Source of the DNA: an uncultured virus (IMG/VR IMGVR_UViG_3300043313_000272)
Taxonomy: Duplodnaviria; Heunggongvirae; Uroviricota; Caudoviricetes
Reading direction: 5' to 3' (one strand)
DNA length: 20,000 nt
Virus record (IMG/VR): IMGVR_UViG_3300043313_000272
The notes under the pieces are model-generated. The model ran no database searches and was not told the DNA's origin. It was given only the letters and a program-made list of their open reading frames with translations. The position numbers and the translations under genes are program-made. Positions 15,080-20,000 of the stretch are shown here, one piece after another (positions within the stretch are counted from its first letter, which is position 1; each line of letters starts with the position of its first letter).

Positions 15080-15531
15080 GTGGGCCTCCGGTTCCTGCGC
15101 GTGCTCATGGTGGGGGCGACGTACTTCTCAGCGAAGTCGGCCACCCAGCCGTGCAGCGAGCCCTCGGTGCGCAGCTCGACACGGACCTCACCTCCGCCTG
15201 CTCGTATCACCTTGGCCTGCAGGATGACGATCACCTCATCGCCAGGCTGGAAGGCGAACACCTCACGGCGCTCGTGGACGTTCTCCAGATACTTCGGCTG
15301 GAGGTCCTGCGGCGGGGGAAGCTCATTTTTGTACGGCTCACCGGTGGCGTCCCGGAGCACGACCGTGATGCCCGAGTTGTCCTCGGGCGGGTCGCCGTCG
15401 GCGTTAGCACCGTAGTGACCGCACGCCGGGCAGTACATCCGGAACGTCTGCTCAGTCGGATCCCACGCCCTCTTCCACTCATGATCGCCGCTTTCCGACC
15501 GCGGGCAGACCGGCTCCTCTTCTGCGCTCAT
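15076..15531 (-). CDS. hypothetical protein with N-terminal Zn-ribbon-like motif
   Basis: CP...H...YCPACGH; ATGA-coupled. Confidence 0.7.
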   Translation of the reverse strand: MSAEEEPVCPRSESGDHEWKRAWDPTEQTFRMYCPACGHYGANADGDPPEDNSGITVVLRDATGEPYKNELPPPQDLQPKYLENVHERREVFAFQPGDEVIVILQAKVIRAGGGEVRVELRTEGSLHGWVADFAEKYVAPTMSTRRNRRPT

Positions 15532-15692
15532 GCCATCGACTCCTTGATTGCTGCCAGCCTCTTGTCGCGGCGGGCTCGGACACGCTTCGTCCGGCGGTCC
15601 TGGTGGATGCCGGCGGCGTTGCTCCGGCGCAGCTCCTGCAGCCGCTGACCCTCCTTGCGGATCGGGCGGGCATGCTCAGTGTGTGCCATCAT
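15528..15692 (-). CDS. 54-aa Arg-rich protein (MMAHTEHARPIRKEGQRLQELRRSNAAGIHQDRRTKR...)
   Basis: Manually translated; first gene after cassette 4; ELRRSNAAG motif recalled from actinophage small proteins. Confidence 0.7.
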   Translation of the reverse strand: MMAHTEHARPIRKEGQRLQELRRSNAAGIHQDRRTKRVRARRDKRLAAIKESMA

Positions 15693-15695
15693 CTT

Positions 15696-15762
15696 TCCCC
15701 TTTGCCAGGTGGGTTGCTTTCAAGATCAAACCTAGTGGGCCACCCGCACCGTGTCAAGAGTT
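15696..15762 (-). promoter_or_regulatory. promoter cassette 4: TTGACA (15752-15757), 17 bp, TAGGTT (15729-15734), box CCCACCTGGCAAAGGGGA
   Basis: Repeat of the cassette consensus. Confidence 0.85.
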
Positions 15763-15794
15763 TGGTGAGGGGTTGCACGTTTTTCGACCAAGAA

Positions 15795-16053
15795 TGAGGG
15801 CCGCTGGATAGCAGCTGGCGGACGCCCGGTCCGGCTTCAGCTGCCCGAGACGCAGGCGGGATCATCGCGCTGGGGGGCGCTCCTCCACCTTCGATCCGGC
15901 ATCAGCACAGGCACATGGAATGTTTACGCGGGTCTCTCATGTTCAAACGCCCGCTACCGACGCCCGTGCCCTATCTCCGTTCGCTAGTCGGCAACGATGC
16001 AGCCCTGAGTACAAGGCTTACGGCGGTGACGTTGACGCAACCAGCGGCCCACA
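15795..16053 (-). ncRNA. candidate large structured ncRNA (~255 nt), family unknown
   Basis: Gap with no plausible CDS, closed by the 10-bp perfect stem GGGCCGCTGG/CCAGCGGCCC; at least six internal stems; G-U pairs consistent with the minus strand. Confidence 0.6.
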
Positions 16054-16054
16054 A

Positions 16055-16483
16055 CTATTCCCCGATGAATCCCCCATCCTGGATCAGCGGGTCGAGCATG
16101 ATGACCGAGCGGTGCTGCACCCTCTCGCTGGCGCGCAGACAGCCGTCCATGTCTGGTCTGACCTGTTGCAGCGCTGACTGTATCCGATCGAACTCGTCCG
16201 GGTGGCACCACAGCTGCAAATCCTGGTCGTTTTCCGATAACAGGTAGCCGGCGGCTCGCAGGTTGGCGATCTGGCCGAGCATCACCCGAATCTCCTCGAT
16301 CTGACCATCCTCGACCAGCGCCTCGGGGATGGTGGTGGGTGCGATCAGGCCCTTGTCGTCGGGCTCGCCGTGGCACCAGCAGACACAGTCGAACCGTCCC
16401 TCATGCTGCGGAATGTTGTACGCCTCGGTACCCCAGCCGATGCACAGCTCATGCTTGGCCTCACCGCAATCGATCGTGATCAT
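16055..16483 (-). CDS. hypothetical protein with N-terminal C..H..C...CxCxCH motif
   Basis: ATGA-coupled; RBS GAGGTGA. Confidence 0.7.
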   Translation of the reverse strand: MITIDCGEAKHELCIGWGTEAYNIPQHEGRFDCVCWCHGEPDDKGLIAPTTIPEALVEDGQIEEIRVMLGQIANLRAAGYLLSENDQDLQLWCHPDEFDRIQSALQQVRPDMDGCLRASERVQHRSVIMLDPLIQDGGFIGE

Positions 16484-16695
16484 GGTGCCTTCACCTCTTC
16501 CTGCCAGTAGCCGGCGGCCTCACCCTTCTTCAGGTGCGCCTCGTACGCATCCTTCAACTCCTGCCACCTCTTCGCCTCACGTCGCGCCAGCTGGATCGCA
16601 CCACGACGGACAGCGCCGGCGGTCTTGTGGCCGGCTCGGTTCCACTCATCGAACAGCCGCGTGCCTTCCTCCAAATAGTCGGCGTACTCGCTCAT
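16480..16695 (-). CDS. hypothetical helical protein
   Basis: ATGA-coupled. Confidence 0.7.
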   Translation of the reverse strand: MSEYADYLEEGTRLFDEWNRAGHKTAGAVRRGAIQLARREAKRWQELKDAYEAHLKKGEAAGYWQEEVKAP

Positions 16696-16910
16696 GACGA
16701 CTGGCCAAGGTGGATCTGGTCGTGGAGCTGCTGCCGAGCGGCGGCGATGATCCGGCCTTTCGGCGAGCTGGGATTAGGGCAATCGTGACCTATCACCGTG
16801 TCCATCACCTGGTCGAGCGTTGCGCCCTCGATCAGCGGCCAGCTGGTGCCGCAGGGCATGTGCACCAGACACGGCTTTCCCTCCCAGTAGATGATCTTGT
16901 ACTGTCTCAC
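16692..16910 (-). CDS. hypothetical protein
   Basis: GTGA-coupled. Confidence 0.7.
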   Translation of the reverse strand: MRQYKIIYWEGKPCLVHMPCGTSWPLIEGATLDQVMDTVIGHDCPNPSSPKGRIIAAARQQLHDQIHLGQSS

Positions 16911-17083
16911 TCCGTCACCCCGAACATGGCTCGCAGGTTGTCGTCGTCCAGCTCAGCCTGCAGCGGCACCAAGCCGGGGCGGGGATCTAGGTCGAACAGC
17001 AGCACCATCAGGTACCTGCTCAGTGTGGTCTCGATGGTGAGCGTGATCGGCTCAGTCCACGACCCAACCATTGCCTCACTCAT
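16907..17083 (-). CDS. hypothetical protein (MSEAMVGSWTEPITL...)
   Basis: RBS AAGGAG before ATG. Confidence 0.65.
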   Translation of the reverse strand: MSEAMVGSWTEPITLTIETTLSRYLMVLLFDLDPRPGLVPLQAELDDDNLRAMFGVTE

Positions 17084-17324
17084 CGTCTCTCCTTCTGCTG
17101 TCGCCGAACCCGTCCTGGGTCGAGTTGCTGTCATTCCTGGTGATGTGGACGCCGAGGAGGGCAGGCATCACAGCCAACCCGACCATCGCGGCACCGACGA
17201 TCTGCATCCGCCACTGACCTGACAGCCAGCTGGTCGGCATCTCAGGTCCGACCAGGAACATCAGGCCGTGGCCGGCGAGGATCGCGGCGAGCAGTATCCA
17301 CCCGACGTCGATGTGGATCTTCAC
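17076..17324 (-). CDS. two-TM membrane protein
   Basis: GTGA-coupled; RBS GGAGG. Confidence 0.7.
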   Translation of the reverse strand: MKIHIDVGWILLAAILAGHGLMFLVGPEMPTSWLSGQWRMQIVGAAMVGLAVMPALLGVHITRNDSNSTQDGFGDSRRRDDE

Positions 17325-17419
17325 GGCTGCCAACCTCCTCGGACGGCGAACGCACCGACGACGATCGGGGCCAACGCCAGGACCCAGATGACGATCCACA
17401 AGACCGCTCGGCCAGTCAC
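17321..17419 (-). CDS. 32-aa single-TM peptide (MTGRAVLWIVIWVLALAPIVVGAFAVRGGWQP)
   Basis: Manually translated; GTGA overlaps at both ends. Confidence 0.7.
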   Translation of the reverse strand: MTGRAVLWIVIWVLALAPIVVGAFAVRGGWQP

Positions 17420-17574
17420 CGTCGACCAGCCTCTACCAGCGGCTTGAGCAGGAAGGGCATCAGCAGCATGAGCGCACCTACCCAGATGTCACCCATCGCA
17501 TAGTTCCCTGCTCCGACCACGCCGGCGGCGATGATCATCACCAGCAGCGCACGGTCGAGCGCCTTGGAGATCAC
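17416..17574 (-). CDS. 52-aa two-TM peptide
   Basis: GTGA-coupled; RBS AAGGAGG. Confidence 0.7.
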   Translation of the reverse strand: MISKALDRALLVMIIAAGVVGAGNYAMGDIWVGALMLLMPFLLKPLVEAGRR

Positions 17575-17744
17575 CGGTCCTCCTTGTGTTTGGGGCAGAT
17601 GTCGCCCTTCTCCAGTGACCAGCGCCAGTCGTACTGCATCCGGGCGATCGCTCGGGCTCGGTGGATGTCCTGGTGCTCGTCGAAGTGGAGCAGCGAGTTG
17701 CATTCCGAATGATCGCAGACCAGCTCCCACACCAGGGCGATCAC
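17571..17744 (-). CDS. small Cys/His protein (CDHSEC...DICPKH)
   Basis: GTGA-coupled; zinc-finger-like pattern. Confidence 0.7.
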   Translation of the reverse strand: MIALVWELVCDHSECNSLLHFDEHQDIHRARAIARMQYDWRWSLEKGDICPKHKEDR

Positions 17745-18046
17745 TTCGGCAGCACCCGGTGCGGGCGTCCGTCGCCGACCTTGTTTCCGTGGGCGTCCTG
17801 GTCGTACTCCATCACGTTGTAGTCGGGGTCCTTCTTGCCGAGCAGGCCCTTCCAAATCCATTCCCTGGTCTGCACCGCATCCAACACTCGGGGCGCAGCG
17901 TTGGCGGTGATCCGGCGGGTTTGGGTGCCGAGCTTCCGCTTCACCTTGCCGCGGAACTTCTTCCAGCGGGCTCGACCTGCGATGCACACCAGCGCAGTCA
18001 CCAGCAGGGTGACCACGTTCGACAGGATCAGCACCGCCCAGTTCAT
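17741..18046 (-). CDS. TM-anchored basic protein
   Basis: ATGA-coupled; N-terminal TM segment. Confidence 0.7.
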   Translation of the reverse strand: MNWAVLILSNVVTLLVTALVCIAGRARWKKFRGKVKRKLGTQTRRITANAAPRVLDAVQTREWIWKGLLGKKDPDYNVMEYDQDAHGNKVGDGRPHRVLPK

Positions 18047-18174
18047 TGGATCCATGACACCCATCCCCAAACCAGCAGGCACAGGATGATCAGCTTGATC
18101 GCATCGCCGGCGTACCGGGCGCGGCGCACGTACCGCTGCATCTCCAAATGCCAGCGGACCTCGTCCTCGTTCAT
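18043..18174 (-). CDS. 43-aa peptide with C-terminal TM helix
   Basis: ATGA-coupled; RBS GGAGG. Confidence 0.65.
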   Translation of the reverse strand: MNEDEVRWHLEMQRYVRRARYAGDAIKLIILCLLVWGWVSWIQ

Positions 18175-18272
18175 TTCGCCTCCAGATAGCCGATCAGTTG
18201 GTACAGCACGAACGACAGCTCCAGCAGGTTCACCAGCACCAGAGTCAAAATGATCTTGGTCAGGATCTTCAT
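18171..18272 (-). CDS. 33-aa single-TM peptide (MKILTKIILTLVLVNLLELSFVLYQLIGYLEAK)
   Basis: Manually translated; ATGA overlaps at both ends. Confidence 0.7.
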   Translation of the reverse strand: MKILTKIILTLVLVNLLELSFVLYQLIGYLEAK

Positions 18273-18511
18273 GCCACCTGCTCCCATTCGCTGTCGTCGA
18301 CCTGCACGTACTCGCCGGTCTCGTCCTGCTTCCACACCGACAGCACCTGGGTACGCCGGCCCTGCTTGGTCTGGTAGTCAACCACCTGCCGGACGGCCTG
18401 CTGCGGAGTCGGACCTTTGCCGAAGCTAAACCACTTCCGGTTCTGCCGCGGGTTGTCCGCCAACGTCTTGCACCACACCTTGAACTCACAGCCTGAGATC
18501 CGGTAGCTCAT
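18269..18511 (-). CDS. hypothetical protein (MSYRISGCEFKVWCK...)
   Basis: ATGA-coupled; RBS AGAGGTG. Confidence 0.7.
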   Translation of the reverse strand: MSYRISGCEFKVWCKTLADNPRQNRKWFSFGKGPTPQQAVRQVVDYQTKQGRRTQVLSVWKQDETGEYVQVDDSEWEQVA

Positions 18512-18663
18512 CGCTGCACCTCTTTCGGGCTGAGCGCCTTCGCAACCACCGACACCACGGCGCCGGCGACACAGATCCAAGTCAATGTGCTGTGCGGGTC
18601 CACGATCAGCAGCACCGCTGCCAAGGCCACCGCCACGATTTGAATAAGCCAACGAGCCATCAT
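18508..18663 (-). CDS. 51-aa two-TM peptide (MMARWLIQIVAVALAAVLLIVDP...)
   Basis: Manually translated; first gene after cassette 5. Confidence 0.7.
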   Translation of the reverse strand: MMARWLIQIVAVALAAVLLIVDPHSTLTWICVAGAVVSVVAKALSPKEVQR

Positions 18664-18667
18664 CGAG

Positions 18668-18729
18668 TCTCCTTGCCAGGATTTGATCTTGAATCAATCC
18701 TATCGGAGCACCACCCGTTGTCAAGAGTT
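18668..18729 (-). promoter_or_regulatory. promoter cassette 5: TTGACA (18719-18724), 16 bp, TAGGAT (18697-18702), shortened box TCCTGGCAAGGAGA
   Basis: Repeat of the cassette consensus. Confidence 0.85.
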
Positions 18730-18730
18730 T

Positions 18731-18922
18731 TCAGCCGGAACGTCCCCCAGCAAGGTTGTGAACATAGCTGGCCGTCACCTTAAACTCGGCAGCCAGCTGC
18801 GCAGCTGGCTCGCCGTCCTGGTAGCGGCGGATGATGTCCTCCCTCTGCCTTGCGGTGAGCTTCTTGCTTCTCTTGGTGTACGCCTTCCCCCAGTTATCGC
18901 TAGGGAAGCCGGGGGCTGTCAT
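18731..18922 (-). CDS. helix-turn-helix DNA-binding protein
   Basis: KLTARQREDIIRRYQDGEPAAQLAAEFKVTASYVHNL is a resolvase/homeodomain-like HTH; ATGA-coupled. Confidence 0.8.
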   Translation of the reverse strand: MTAPGFPSDNWGKAYTKRSKKLTARQREDIIRRYQDGEPAAQLAAEFKVTASYVHNLAGGRSG

Positions 18923-19338
18923 CGGTTCGCCGGCAGCGAGCAGCGCCACACCCAGAAGTCGACCTGGGTATCGACACCACCGCCAGCCGTCCAGTAGTCG
19001 TGATGGAAGAACCACACACCACCCAGCCGCAGCTCGCCAGCATCGGAGAACGTCTCACCCGGCACACCAGCATGGAGCGAGCCGGAGAACGACACCGCGC
19101 CGTCCTCACCCATATGCCACGAGCCACCGTCAGACGTCTGGATCGAATAGATCGCCGGACCCTCAGCGTCAGCCGGCCAATCCCACACGTGGCTCACTCG
19201 GCGCTCAACACCATCAGCGAACACGACCCAGTCACCGACACCAGGCTTGATCCTCCTGAGCACACCAGCAGCTCGACGGGCCTTGATCTGCTCATCCCGC
19301 TCATCTAGCTCGATTGTGCTGTGCATTGTGGTTTCCAT
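18919..19338 (-). CDS. hypothetical protein (PGVGDWV...SFSGSL...VWFFHHD motifs)
   Basis: RBS AAGGGGA before the ATG at 19338. Confidence 0.75.
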   Translation of the reverse strand: METTMHSTIELDERDEQIKARRAAGVLRRIKPGVGDWVVFADGVERRVSHVWDWPADAEGPAIYSIQTSDGGSWHMGEDGAVSFSGSLHAGVPGETFSDAGELRLGGVWFFHHDYWTAGGGVDTQVDFWVWRCSLPANR

Positions 19339-19379
19339 CGTCTTCCCCTTCTGGGTTCGGTTTTGTTGCTTCGGGTTAC

Positions 19380-19597
19380 CAGTGGACCGGGCATGATTCG
19401 CACATGCCTTCGACTCGGGGTGGCCGGTTCCTCTTGGCGGTCCAGGTGGGTGGCTCTCACGTATTCGTTGGGGACGAGAGCCACCCTGTAAGGAGTGAGG
19501 GTCAGTGTTTGCCTTCACCTCCTTTCGGGGTGAGTTGGGTCCGGGCTTGGAGCCTGTAGGGACTCGGTTTGAGTTGGCCGGCTCCGTTACCGGTGGC
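19380..19597 (-). ncRNA. candidate structured RNA or leader, including a tRNA-like minihelix
   Basis: Consecutive stems including an 11-bp perfect inverted repeat, GNRA loops (GTAA, GAAA) and a T-loop-like TGCGAAT. Confidence 0.45.
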
Positions 19598-19816
19598 TTA
19601 TTTGGCCTGGATGTTCGTCAGGCTGGCGAGGCGGGCGACGCCGCCGTAGCCGTTGAGCATGATCGAGATGCAGTCACCGTCTTGGAGGGCCGGGTCCTGG
19701 TACAGCTCGACGGTCGTTCCGGGGCGAGCGTTGCTGCTGTCCCAGTGGTAGAACTGCCGGGGTCCGACCTTCACGGTCTCCGTCAGGACTGCTGTGTGGG
19801 TCCAACGAGCTGTCAT
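19598..19816 (-). CDS. hypothetical protein
   Basis: First gene after cassette 6. Confidence 0.75.
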   Translation of the reverse strand: MTARWTHTAVLTETVKVGPRQFYHWDSSNARPGTTVELYQDPALQDGDCISIMLNGYGGVARLASLTNIQAK

Positions 19817-19822
19817 TTCATT

Positions 19823-19888
19823 TCCCCTTGCCAGGTGGATTTTGCTTATGAGACAAACCTAGCGCACCGCACCCGGTTGTCAAGAGTT
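19823..19888 (-). promoter_or_regulatory. promoter cassette 6: TTGACA (19878-19883), 16 bp, TAGGTT (19856-19861), box TCCACCTGGCAAGGGGA
   Basis: Repeat of the cassette consensus. Confidence 0.85.
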
Positions 19889-20000
19889 TGTGTGACATTC
19901 GCGGGAAAAGTTTTCAGGCGATTTTCCCCCCCGGGTGCTTCCCCTAACGCGCGCGCGGGCGTCCAAGGCCCGGCCCGCTGTCACGCAACAATATGGCGTA

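Noticed and set aside
15795..16053. Assignment of the structured region to tmRNA, RNase P, group I/II intron or raiA RNA
   Set aside because: Hallmark motifs were not found by eye; only short, non-diagnostic word matches were seen.
19380..19444. Canonical tRNA gene
   Set aside because: Only about 62 nt, with no proper D or anticodon arm and no CCA; retained only as a tRNA-like element.
19339..19518. N-terminal extension of ORF 18919-19518
   Set aside because: Its GTG lies within an SD-like sequence and runs through a structured region; the ATG at 19338 has a well-placed RBS.
3153..19888. Repeated motif read as a CRISPR array or integron attC-type array
   Set aside because: Spacing is irregular (1-6 kb), conserved blocks match promoter and RBS geometry, and there are no cas or integrase genes and no attC-like dyad in most copies.

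Overview
This window is high-GC DNA packed with about 65 short, translationally coupled genes (ATGA/GTGA overlaps), all on the minus strand. That layout is typical of the early/accessory arm of an actinobacteriophage or prophage; no structural, replication or integrase genes are present. Recognisable products are two RHH and one HTH DNA-binding proteins, a papain-like peptidase, a HicB-like protein, a bPH_2 membrane protein, and a block of exported proteins (DUF1524 nuclease with Excalibur domain, collagen-like protein, GDPD, metallophosphoesterase, DUF5707-like protein). The most striking signals are non-coding. (1) Six copies of a ~65-bp expression cassette, AACTCTTGACA-N16/17-TAGGWTT...CCACCTGGCAA(A)GG-RBS-start, divide the arm into modules, and four more box-only copies occur. 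(2) A ~255-nt multi-stem candidate ncRNA lies at 15795-16053, and its G-U pairs fit the minus strand. (3) A second structured region at 19340-19597 holds a tRNA-like minihelix and a sequestered perfect Shine-Dalgarno. All family calls come from motif recognition by eye, not from database searches.
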